The notes under the pieces: model-generated
Told to the model about the DNA's origin: nothing
Database searches by the model: none
The model's input: the letters and a program-made list of their open reading frames with translations, nothing else
IMG/VR virus record: IMGVR_UViG_3300008116_000041
Coordinates: 828-64,827 of that record
Length of the DNA stretch: 64,000 nt
Source: a virus
Taxonomy: Duplodnaviria; Caudoviricetes
Reading direction: 5' to 3' (one strand)
Shown here: positions 28,032 to 38,400 of the stretch, piece by piece
Layout: each line of letters starts with the position of its first letter
How positions within the stretch are numbered: position 1 is the first letter of the stretch
Made by a program: the position numbers and the translations under genes

Positions 28032-31000
28032 TTATGTACATTTTTTACCGTAGAGAATTATTTCTTGACCATTCGTTCCATTAGGATAACACTCTCCGCA
28101 TGGGTCCTCTAATATAGATTTGTACACCGATTCTTCAACCAAATCATATATTCTATAACTTTCACCTGGACACTCATAAGGTAACACTACCTTAACCGTC
28201 CCAAATTCGTATTCAGGATATTCTTTTATCTTGAATGTAAATCCAACTTCCCTTGAGTTATTACTTGTTGTAGATCCTGCAGCAGTATCTAATTCTCTTG
28301 TGAATGATTTTGGTGTTATAAACTCAAAAGAATTTATATTATTGTCACCTTTTTTTAATATACTAGATCCTATCTTTATTTGGGTACCCATCCCGTTCAA
28401 TACAATTAGATATATGTCCACCTCATAATCTTTACTCAATAAATCCGGACCAATTCCACCTCTCACTTTCAATTTACCATCTGCAAGAACCGATGGTCTC
28501 AGAACATATATTGTACCTGAACCTGGTATTCTAGCATTTGAGAATATTGTTCTGTCAGGGGCGTTAGGTGTAAGATTTGGATTGACTTGTTGCCCTAAAG
28601 GGGTTGGTGTCGGATTTGGTGTTGCCGGATTTGGTGTTGTCTGATTTGTTGTTGATACAAATGGGATTCCTGCCGTTGGGAATAATACTCCGATTTTATC
28701 CAACGCCTCAGATATCTTCGCTTTGACTTCTTTACCTTGGTTGGTCTCAAAATCTTTTTGTTGTTGTTCATTTCTAATTCTTGGCCAAACTCTTTTATAA
28801 TAGTTATACATTGAATCAACCGTAGGTATGAAAGAATTCGCAGACACTGTTACAAACTGATTGTTTACACAAGATTGATCCAAACTATCACACATAAATT
28901 TTATGAACTTTTCCAAACTATCAAATCTTGCAAAAGGTTTAGATTGATTACCTTTATCTGTTCCTATATTCACACAACAGAATTGTTTCTCAAAATATAC
29001 ATCAGACTTAGGACCCCAATCTATTTGTAAGTTTACGTTAGTATAGTTGTTTCCAAATGATTTCATTTGTTCTGATGCCGCTGAAGAAACATAACTGAAC
29101 ACGAAAACCGCCATCGCAAGTTGTGATCTAAGTTTTTGGTCTGAAGACGAACTTTGTAAATTTGTACTAAGGGCACTAACAAAAGATTGTAAGGTAACCG
29201 TAGTCTCATTTGCTGCAATTGCAGTGTAACCCTTTTGGTATCTTGTAACTCCTGATGTTACAGATTCTTGGCAACTGTTTTGAGCATCGTTGGCTTTCTT
29301 ACTTGTTTGATTGATATCACCCACGTTAGGTTTAACTGTGGCTGTTTTCAAGTCTGTGGTTACCAACTTTTGTAACAAGTTCTTATTCAAACTTATTAGA
29401 TAGTTATTCGGTCTGATACTTGCAAATACACGTTGTCTAACTCCAGTGAAGGATGTTTGGAAAACACCTGGTGTAATCGTATGTTCAACTGATGTAATCA
29501 AATATGCCCCATTGAACATGGGAACGTGATTCAAACAGAAATACATTGTTGGTTGTATCAATGCGTTACCTAAACTAACAACATTACAAGCATAACTTCT
29601 CTCATTGTATATGTTGAGTAATGACACATTCGAAGATGCAACGTCCCTACCTGAGGCTTGGTTTGCCAAGTTGTTTACGGCAATCAAACTTTCAGAAGTT
29701 GCCTTACCAATATCTTGTGATACAGAAAAAGATGTGAAAACGTTTTGATTTCTGATACCCATATCAACATTGAATCCAACACATCTGTTTGATAAAGCGT
29801 AGTTAGTTTTATCTCCATCATTTGTGATAAGTGGGTTACTGGTTACACTGTTACAATTGAATCCGTCGTTTTTGTATCTGAAGTCTTGGTTTCTACCTAA
29901 ATCGGGATAGTTGGAAGGTTTCTCAGAATAGAAACATACCAACTTAGGTTGAGAGTTTCTATAATCAACACTTAAGAATGTCCCCCAAAGATTGTTCGCA
30001 AAATCTGCGGAGTTCTCAGTCTTAGGGACAGGATTTTTTCCATCAGGTGTCTGAATATTATAGAAGTTTACATATGCCGGTAGTGGCATTACAGAGAAAT
30101 TGTTTTCAACCAATATTCCTGATATCATGGTGTAAACACTCGCATCCACATTTAAGTTTCTCAATCTATTCTTAACTGAAAAAATATCTACCAATATACT
30201 GTCTCCAACGTTCCTAGATGCTCTGTCAACAAATAAGAAATCTTGAAGAAGTGTCTCTTCATTGTAGGCGTTTCCTGCAATCCATTTGTCATTGATTGCT
30301 TTGAAGTTCTCATATAATTGAGCCTTGATCAAATCCCCTGTGATTGCACTAGTTATCTTACCCTCAACAGGATATGAAACACTTGGTAAACCTTTCTGAA
30401 GATTTTGGAATAAATTATTGAATACGTTTTCATGATACTCCAACATTTGTTCAGAATAGTTTTGAACTAAGTTTTTGAAACTTTCTCCATTGAGTGATGG
30501 ATTCTTAAGTTTTTGAGTTGCATATATCCTAATTAGGGGAGCACAAATTTGTACGTTATTCTTATTGAATCTAATATTATTATCAACAAAGAAATCCGTT
30601 ATGTAAGAACCGTTACTTGTGGGTATCATTCTTGGGATTGTAGATGGTCCCATCTGTGTCAACAGTTCTTTCCATGCTTCAGTGTTTGTTTGGTATGATG
30701 CGGCGAGTGTGGTTGTCCCTCCACTGGTTGGTAGAGTTCCAGGAATGTATGTTTCAAACTTGAACGGGTCCACCAATTTAAATCCGACGGTTGTATTTGT
30801 TTGTGAGGTTGTGTTGTCAACAAACTCATATCCTGTTTCGTAGTCAGGGTTAAAACTATCGAACAATTTCCTATTGTAGTTAGATGGATTACCCATCTTA
30901 ACCACAACATCATATTCCATGAAATTATTCAGGATTGTTATGATGTTACCAAATTGTTGACTGATGGCACTCTTGAGGTAATCCTGTGTACTTTGTCCAG

Positions 31001-34000
31001 CCTGTGGTGCATTGATTTCGAAAAATTCTCTCACCATCAACTGAAAGTTTTTCAAATATCTATTCGGATCATTTGTATCAACATTGATTGTTATCTGTGG
31101 TTGTCCAGGCCCAACTTTAGGGTTGATGTCATATACGGATCTACTGAAGTCCAAGAACTTCTGCTCCATCACGTCCAGTTGTTCCTTATTGAAAACCGCA
31201 AAAATGTCTTCAATACTAGAATATCCAAATCCTAAACTCATAGGATAAACCTCACCTTCAGGTTCTACTAATGTAATATATTCTGATGGGTTAGGTTTCG
31301 GATTTCTAGTTACATCAAAATATCCGTAATTAGAAGCCCCCCAAAAACATCTTACTGATCCGTTGTATATTGCAGGATTACTCAAAATATTTCTGTTTGC
31401 AACATAAGATCCTTGAGTTGTCACGGAGTCAAATATTGAATACGGTACTTGATTATAAATTGTTCCGAATGAGGGTGACGTGTAATATGAACCAGTTGAG
31501 GTGTTCTTGATAGTTGTTGTCCAAGGGTTCATTCTGAATATGTTCAAAGGTGTACCACCCGAAACGAAAACTTGATCCACGTTGGATTCCGCTATGTTAC
31601 CAACTCTCATTGTTGAATCAACATATAATTGTATCTCCTCATCTGAGTAAGTTGAAAAACATGGTTTGCCGTTCAAGAAAACGTTCATGTCATTGATCAG
31701 TTTCGGATAAAATCCCGATTGAATAGTTTGGCTTGTAAAACTTAAAGATATTGCTGGTGGTGGAAGGGGTGGATTATAATAGTATCCTTGTAAGTAGACT
31801 TGTGAGGTAGTACCAGAAGCAAAAGAAAGGCTATAAACTTTATCCTCTCTGAATGTTATCGGGTCAAAGTTTTGTACATAATCAAAATCTTTCCAACATG
31901 TATCTAAAATATCAACATTGTCATTAACAAATTTTTTATATCTGTGATAAACAGAACCCAATTTGAGGATCCACGCATATGGTAATTTGTGTATACCTCC
32001 GAATCTTTTTATCGAAGAAGCTATGTAGTCTAAACTTTCAACTTCTCCCTTATTTTTGTATGTACCTCTTAATGTGGATAAGGGTAAAGAATTCACTAAA
32101 AGGTATGCTCCTTGTACATATGGGTATTTGTTACCTGACTGCCATTCTTGAACTCCATTCTGTAATGCGTTTACAAAATATGGTGTATTCAATATTGATG
32201 TCGTCTGTGTTGCAAATCCTGATCCACTTAATCCAACACAATACCCTTCTGTTGACAAAAACTGTGAAGGTTTGTCTCTGAATTGATAAAATATATTCAA
32301 GTTGTTCTGTGGAACTACTGGCTGAGTGAAGTTTTTATAGGCAAAACTTGTGACAGGTCTGATCGTTTCTTTCGTTGTACTTTCAATGTAGTTGGAAATA
32401 ACTTTTTTATCACCATTAACAAAAAGAGTTGTCTTAGTATTATAGAATAGACCTTGAGCCGCCTTCGCGCTTGTTTCTAAATTTGTTTGATTCCAAATCG
32501 CGCTTGTAAATGGATACGTGTCACAAAAATCTGGTTGGACGTTTGTTTTAATTAAAGAGTTAAAATTAGTTAGATCTGTTTGTGTCAATCCTCTTGTGAC
32601 TGTTGAACTTGCACCATCTATAGTACTTGAATCATATATTTCGAATGGTCTATCAACTTCATTTTGGATATATGGTGTTGCAAAAATATCACGAATCAAT
32701 TTTTGTATGGATGGTCCGGTACCCTGATTAGAAATGTGAGATAAAACTCCTAAGAAGTTTTGGAAATTGAATCCGTAATTTTTGAGTTTCTGAATCAAAA
32801 ATGGCGACGATACCCCCAAAGCGGTGATAATATTGTCAGCTTCGTTTCTTCCTATTGTTTCATAAATCTCCTTTACGTTACCTCCTCTTTGGAATCTATT
32901 ATAATGTGAGTTAACGTATGTCCTTTCCCATATTTCGAAGAAGAACTTAACTTCCTCTTTTGTAAAGTAAGGAATATTAGTTTGTGGGAATTCAATACCA
33001 TTCAGAGTTAGTCTGTTGATCTCCTGATCTTCATTATCTTTCTGTGTGTTGTCTTGAACTTGTGGTCCTTTTTCTGTTGAAGCCTTAACAAACTCCTCTA
33101 CGAATTGTACTTCAGGCCATTTTGAATAATCGAAAGCCTTTGTAGAATCAACTACACTTCGATCACCTGGGTATTGAATAACAAACCTGTCAGGATTTTT
33201 ATCATCCTGAACGAAGTATTGTGGCCAAGGATATATTGGTTGTTGTGAGTTAGCATAAATGGAATTATTCATCAGTGCCATCGGATCGACAGGAACATTG
33301 TCTTTCATGTCTGAAGATGGGAACTTCATCACGGCTTTTTTTCTGTCAGGATCATCTCTTTTGTCCCACGCTTTTTTGTGGACATCATCCATAATTCTGA
33401 TAAAAGCTTCGGTAGATGCCATCAGAACTGTTATAATATTTCTTATTGATGGTCTGAAGCCTATACCTTGTGCCTTGTCTTCTAGTTTTGCTGCCAAAAC
33501 AGCAGTAATTCTTTCTTCTTCTGCTTGAGCCTTAGAGTTTAGGGTTTCTAACATTTTATTTATTAACCCCGTGAATCTATTTTTACCTTCGAAAACATAG
33601 AGTTTTATCTTGTCATTTTTTTCTTGTGATTGATCAGACAATTCTATATTAGAAATCAGCTCAGTGGCAATCTGAGACCTTATGTTTGCATCTTCAGATG
33701 GGGTTGGAGTTCTATCTGTTTTGTTTCTTATTTTGAAAGTTGCAACAAAGTCTATTGAATTTGGTTCAATTTCAACAAACATGTTTTCATATGTGATAGT
33801 ACTTTTAACTTCGAGGTTTTTATCCTTAGCTCCTTCCGATCCAAAAACAGAATTACTAGCAAGTATGTCATTATTACTCTGTACCTTTGCCTTCAAACTC
33901 GCATCCGCTTTCTGTTTTGTACTTTCACCAGCACTATTCGCACCATCTTTGACTGTCTTTTTCAGTGGATATAAAGCCTCTCCCCCTCCCTTAACCACCA

Positions 34001-35105
34001 ACGCCTTTTCTTTATCACAATTGACTTCGAACCATGAATCTTTGTTAGTGAGAATTTCACCTTGAAAGGCATTCAAACTGTTTTTGAAATTCACACTTTC
34101 TGTTAAAGAAGACACATCTTCCTTGGTCCATGAATTCATTAAATTAGTTTCAAACATCTCTAATCTGTTCAATAACTCATCAACAGCCAACTCAGGGAAA
34201 TCCATTGGTATCAATCCCTTCTGTTTATAATCCCTATAGACTTCGTGTATTTTTGCGGTACCACCTTCCTCAATCTGTGTCAGTGATGCTGATTTTGTAC
34301 TGTCAGATAATGGTTTACTTATTGTATATTGTGTAGAATACATGTGAGGTACTGCCAGTATCGACTGTATTGATATCTCATTCAAAATGTTGAATTTGTA
34401 CCCATAGAACTGTAAAGTAACTTGGTAGTTACCTGAATAGGTATTAAACCTAGCATTGAAAGATATTAGATTTAGTTGATATCTAATGGCCTGCCCATAG
34501 AATCCTTTAAGTGTAAGGTAAAATGGCGGATACGGTAACTGAAAGAATGCTGCGTATGGGGATAAATCACCTTTTTCAAATAAAGCCCTTCCTTGTACAT
34601 CCTCTAACTCAATAGTTACTTGTGGAACGAATGATGTATCTATCTTACAATTTATAGATGTTATACCAAGTAGTCCAGTATCGTTTTGATTTTGTGTTGG
34701 TAAACCAGCTTGTACATTAGCAAAAGGTTTTTGTCCTGTCGATGGTGTGAATGATGCTGAAGATTTATTGGTTGTACCCTTGTTCAAAATACCCTGACCC
34801 GTAATCTCATTTGTATAATCGTTTGTGAGGTACTTCTGACCACCAGGCTTCATGAAATTTATTTCCGCTATTGAAACAGTGGTAATCTGATCCTGTATAG
34901 TTTGTCCTACCGCAAGTTTTGTTCTCGGGAGAAGTTTCGTTTCCAAATTGGCATACATAACAAGATTTTCTTGGGCAACCGATCTCTCTTGGATTTTTCC
35001 CTTCTTATCAACGATCTTATTAGGATCAACCACAATAAAGTTTTGAACGTCAAAATCAACATAGATGTTTCCGTCTTGTCCTGTGAATATACTGTTACCT
35101 GCCAT
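28032..35105 (-). CDS. Giant baseplate hub protein (gp27/VgrG-like) with possible degenerate muramidase-like domain
   Basis: 2357 aa; N-terminal GITSINCK...VTIELEDVQG...FYLTLKGFYG and later LGNALIQPTMYF...GAYLITSVEHTITPGVFQTSFTGVR hub-barrel motifs; follows the LysM/gp53-like gene. Confidence 0.7.
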   Translation of the reverse strand: MAGNSIFTGQDGNIYVDFDVQNFIVVDPNKIVDKKGKIQERSVAQENLVMYANLETKLLPRTKLAVGQTIQDQITTVSIAEINFMKPGGQKYLTNDYTNEITGQGILNKGTTNKSSASFTPSTGQKPFANVQAGLPTQNQNDTGLLGITSINCKIDTSFVPQVTIELEDVQGRALFEKGDLSPYAAFFQLPYPPFYLTLKGFYGQAIRYQLNLISFNARFNTYSGNYQVTLQFYGYKFNILNEISIQSILAVPHMYSTQYTISKPLSDSTKSASLTQIEEGGTAKIHEVYRDYKQKGLIPMDFPELAVDELLNRLEMFETNLMNSWTKEDVSSLTESVNFKNSLNAFQGEILTNKDSWFEVNCDKEKALVVKGGGEALYPLKKTVKDGANSAGESTKQKADASLKAKVQSNNDILASNSVFGSEGAKDKNLEVKSTITYENMFVEIEPNSIDFVATFKIRNKTDRTPTPSEDANIRSQIATELISNIELSDQSQEKNDKIKLYVFEGKNRFTGLINKMLETLNSKAQAEEERITAVLAAKLEDKAQGIGFRPSIRNIITVLMASTEAFIRIMDDVHKKAWDKRDDPDRKKAVMKFPSSDMKDNVPVDPMALMNNSIYANSQQPIYPWPQYFVQDDKNPDRFVIQYPGDRSVVDSTKAFDYSKWPEVQFVEEFVKASTEKGPQVQDNTQKDNEDQEINRLTLNGIEFPQTNIPYFTKEEVKFFFEIWERTYVNSHYNRFQRGGNVKEIYETIGRNEADNIITALGVSSPFLIQKLKNYGFNFQNFLGVLSHISNQGTGPSIQKLIRDIFATPYIQNEVDRPFEIYDSSTIDGASSTVTRGLTQTDLTNFNSLIKTNVQPDFCDTYPFTSAIWNQTNLETSAKAAQGLFYNTKTTLFVNGDKKVISNYIESTTKETIRPVTSFAYKNFTQPVVPQNNLNIFYQFRDKPSQFLSTEGYCVGLSGSGFATQTTSILNTPYFVNALQNGVQEWQSGNKYPYVQGAYLLVNSLPLSTLRGTYKNKGEVESLDYIASSIKRFGGIHKLPYAWILKLGSVYHRYKKFVNDNVDILDTCWKDFDYVQNFDPITFREDKVYSLSFASGTTSQVYLQGYYYNPPLPPPAISLSFTSQTIQSGFYPKLINDMNVFLNGKPCFSTYSDEEIQLYVDSTMRVGNIAESNVDQVFVSGGTPLNIFRMNPWTTTIKNTSTGSYYTSPSFGTIYNQVPYSIFDSVTTQGSYVANRNILSNPAIYNGSVRCFWGASNYGYFDVTRNPKPNPSEYITLVEPEGEVYPMSLGFGYSSIEDIFAVFNKEQLDVMEQKFLDFSRSVYDINPKVGPGQPQITINVDTNDPNRYLKNFQLMVREFFEINAPQAGQSTQDYLKSAISQQFGNIITILNNFMEYDVVVKMGNPSNYNRKLFDSFNPDYETGYEFVDNTTSQTNTTVGFKLVDPFKFETYIPGTLPTSGGTTTLAASYQTNTEAWKELLTQMGPSTIPRMIPTSNGSYITDFFVDNNIRFNKNNVQICAPLIRIYATQKLKNPSLNGESFKNLVQNYSEQMLEYHENVFNNLFQNLQKGLPSVSYPVEGKITSAITGDLIKAQLYENFKAINDKWIAGNAYNEETLLQDFLFVDRASRNVGDSILVDIFSVKNRLRNLNVDASVYTMISGILVENNFSVMPLPAYVNFYNIQTPDGKNPVPKTENSADFANNLWGTFLSVDYRNSQPKLVCFYSEKPSNYPDLGRNQDFRYKNDGFNCNSVTSNPLITNDGDKTNYALSNRCVGFNVDMGIRNQNVFTSFSVSQDIGKATSESLIAVNNLANQASGRDVASSNVSLLNIYNERSYACNVVSLGNALIQPTMYFCLNHVPMFNGAYLITSVEHTITPGVFQTSFTGVRQRVFASIRPNNYLISLNKNLLQKLVTTDLKTATVKPNVGDINQTSKKANDAQNSCQESVTSGVTRYQKGYTAIAANETTVTLQSFVSALSTNLQSSSSDQKLRSQLAMAVFVFSYVSSAASEQMKSFGNNYTNVNLQIDWGPKSDVYFEKQFCCVNIGTDKGNQSKPFARFDSLEKFIKFMCDSLDQSCVNNQFVTVSANSFIPTVDSMYNYYKRVWPRIRNEQQQKDFETNQGKEVKAKISEALDKIGVLFPTAGIPFVSTTNQTTPNPATPNPTPTPLGQQVNPNLTPNAPDRTIFSNARIPGSGTIYVLRPSVLADGKLKVRGGIGPDLLSKDYEVDIYLIVLNGMGTQIKIGSSILKKGDNNINSFEFITPKSFTRELDTAAGSTTSNNSREVGFTFKIKEYPEYEFGTVKVVLPYECPGESYRIYDLVEESVYKSILEDPCGECYPNGTNGQEIILYGKKCT

Positions 35106-35418
35106 AATATAAGAAATGGTTATCCAAAGCCGCTTTATAATCCTGTAGTGAAGTAATCAATGGGTATGGAACAACCAAGAAAGCACCATCAAAAATGTTC
35201 TGTTCTAACCCACCAAACTGTGGATTGGCTTGTAGAATTAACCATCCGAAATATGGTGACCCATAATATTCCTCAGATACTTTATCAAGTCTACTTCTAT
35301 TAACCTTATAGATATGAACCTTATCTGATGGTTTATTTGGTATTGTAACAAAAGGCACAACTGTTTGCTCACCATTGATGAGAAACTCCTGATACCTATT
35401 ATAATACTGCCCTCCCAT
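35095..35418 (-). CDS. Baseplate LysM/gp53 (tail X)-like protein
   Basis: SRLDKVSEEYYGSPYFGWLILQANP motif. Confidence 0.85.
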   Translation of the reverse strand: MGGQYYNRYQEFLINGEQTVVPFVTIPNKPSDKVHIYKVNRSRLDKVSEEYYGSPYFGWLILQANPQFGGLEQNIFDGAFLVVPYPLITSLQDYKAALDNHFLYYGR

Positions 35419-38400
35419 TAGTTAAATTTAACTTTGTCGTTCCAAGTTTTATTACTTGTATTTGTATTGACAGTCTTCCCTAAGTTCTTAATAGAATTTT
35501 TTTGGTTTTCTGTAGGAGATGTCAATTGTGTGAACACGAACTTCCTTGGTTTATTCTTAGTATAAGGCGTAAACTTCATAAAGTCAGCTACTTTTTCTTT
35601 TTCGAATTTTTCAATCAACGTCTGTGTTGCCTTTGTTTCTGCTTGATATAAAGGTTTTATTTTATCCTTCCAATAGTCGTCAAAAACTCTAGCAATTTCT
35701 TGATTACCGTCCCCTTTAAGCTCTGCTTTGTTTACAATGTCGTTCAAGATTTTTGATCTGAAGTTTTGGTATTCCTTATCATCAAGAATCACATTATTCA
35801 TAATCATGTAACCTATTTTGTTTGTAACACCATTCTCATTCCAAAAGAATCCTGATCCTACAGGATTTTGTGGGTTTGTAAGTGCTTCGAATACATTGGT
35901 TTCTAATCCTCCTTGATTATTTAATCCGTTTTTAATTACACTACCTTTGATTGATCCTGCTGTTATGTTGTAAGAATAATCCGTTGCAATTTTTTCATTG
36001 AAACTTTTTAGAGCAACTGCGACTTTTGTTATGTCGTTTTGCATTTCTATGTAGGTATTTGTGTTTGGTGGGTTCTGACTTGATGGGTCAACTTCTGTAG
36101 TAGAGGCACATTGATACATTTTTATTGTTCCGTTTTGGAGAGCATAACCATCATATAGGAACGTACCACTGTCCTGATATAAAACATTCAGTCTGTTCAG
36201 AATAGCAGTGAGATTCAATTGTTGTTGTGTTGTCTCTTGTATTATCTTAGTGATAGAGTTGTAATAATTTGATCTTCTTTCGTTGATATAAGAAGCAAAA
36301 TTTTTCTTAACAACCCTTATCAATTTATTAGAGAAGTTAAAGTTCGTACTTTCTAAGTAATTTATAAAACCATTGGACCCATTATTAATACTTGTTTCAT
36401 AATCAGTGAAAAACTTATTCATCCTCTTCTCAATATTCTGAGATTTACCAATTAAGTTATTAGCAGTAACTCCATCCGAATTGATAAGTCCCTCCATATA
36501 ATACCTCTGATATCCCCATTGTTGTAACATAACTCCACCATATTGACTTACAATAGTCTTAGACTGATTGATTGTGTTTGTAAAGAATGTTTGAGATGAA
36601 TCCAAAAGCACATTCATAATATCTTTGTAATTGATATCTCCTGTATCTAATTGTGAATCGTTTATTGCTCTCCTTGTTATTACACCAATAGTTTCACTAT
36701 TACCTTTTCCGTTATAAGCATCATTACTGTTAACCGCATTAAGGTTATTCAACGTCTCATTAGCCTGTACTGATTTAATAAACTCAGCATCAAGGGCTTG
36801 AGCACTTTCTATATCGGTAGCATCTGCTCTTTCGTCGTAAATCTCTGTATTTGCGTAGTAATTGAATGAAAGGGCGTTTTGTAGTTTGTCAACAGGTTCT
36901 TTTAATCCAGCACCACCTAAGAAGTTGAATCCTAAGGTAATGTTAGCAATCATAGGTTGAACTCCAATACCTTCAGGATTTATATCTAATAAAGGCTCGT
37001 ACGTGATTCCTAGACTTGTTGGTGCAATTTTAATATTGTAAAAATCACCAACTCTCAATATGAGGATTGGGGGTGCCCCAAAAGCTGTATTCATCGCTTG
37101 GTCGTACTGTATCGTTGTTTGACCATTAACTTCTTTGATCGTAGGAATTGATTCCCCTGGTCTCATACATTGTTGTAAAAACGTCAATCTTGAGTTAAGT
37201 CCTTCAGGTGTCATCGAGTGGAACGCAGGATCAAAGAATTGTAATTTGTCTTTCAGGTTATCATAAACCATGGGTGTCTCTTCTTTGATAACCTCAAAGT
37301 AATCACACTCTGTTAAGAATTTCCTTAACACTCTCTTCGTTATATTATCTCGTTGAACCTCGGTAACTGTCTCTACAGGTCCCTGTACATTTGTTTGTGA
37401 CGATCCTTGGATTGCCTGTGGAGCTTGTCCCGCTGGCACCGCCGCAGATATAGTTTGGGTTGTTGTGATGTTTTGTTGTGGATCTGAAGGTTTAGGAACT
37501 ACTCTTATGTTTGTTATCTTGGCCCTTCTACAAGCCATTGCGTTCCTTGTATAGATATCTTTATCACCAACGTCACCCTTACCACTTGTACAATTGATTT
37601 GATTTGTACCCAAAGTTTGAACGTTAGTCACACCCGCTTGTGGTGCACCTCCAGCATCTGTTGTTCCTTGCTCACCTACTGATCTGATGTTAAATGTTAA
37701 TGTTTTTTTATCTGTAATGTATTTCTTAAGATCCGTCTCTTTGTAATACTCAACCAAGGATTGACCTCGTCTTTGTCCTAATTCGTTGTTATAATTGGCT
37801 GTTGCAGGTGCAGACGCTCCTCCTTCAATATCTATTACAACACTATAACCATCATCTAATATCTTCTTGAGTTCATTGTAGAATGTTGAGGTATTATTCA
37901 ATTTTTTGAAGCTTTCAATAACCCCGCTACTAAACATGTTTTGTACTTGTTGGGTAGCACTTGTATCTTTTTTTCCGTTCGGACCGGTAGCGTTTTTTGT
38001 GTATGTTGCTTGGTTTGTTGGAGAAACATAAGTTGTATAATAACCACCATAACTTCCAACAGCCCCTTTTTTAGGGATATCATTTTCAAAATACACTGCG
38101 GAGTTTTTGTATTGATCTAAACTTGGTGTGGTGTCTTTTTGTTCAGGTGAAGGATTGGTTTTATTTGTGGGTGCCGGTATACCTACGTTCAATTGAGCAT
38201 TTGCCTCTAATATTTCTTCTTTGGTAACAGTAGGATTTGTCAACATCCTTTGTATCTCATACAAATCCGATCTATTGATTGTTGCATATTTTTTAGCGAG
38301 TTCATAAAGGTCGTACTTTGTACATCCCGCCATGAATGAATTGATTAACCCATCAATGATGTTCTTCTTCGTCTGATCTTTTAATACTTTGTTAACGATA

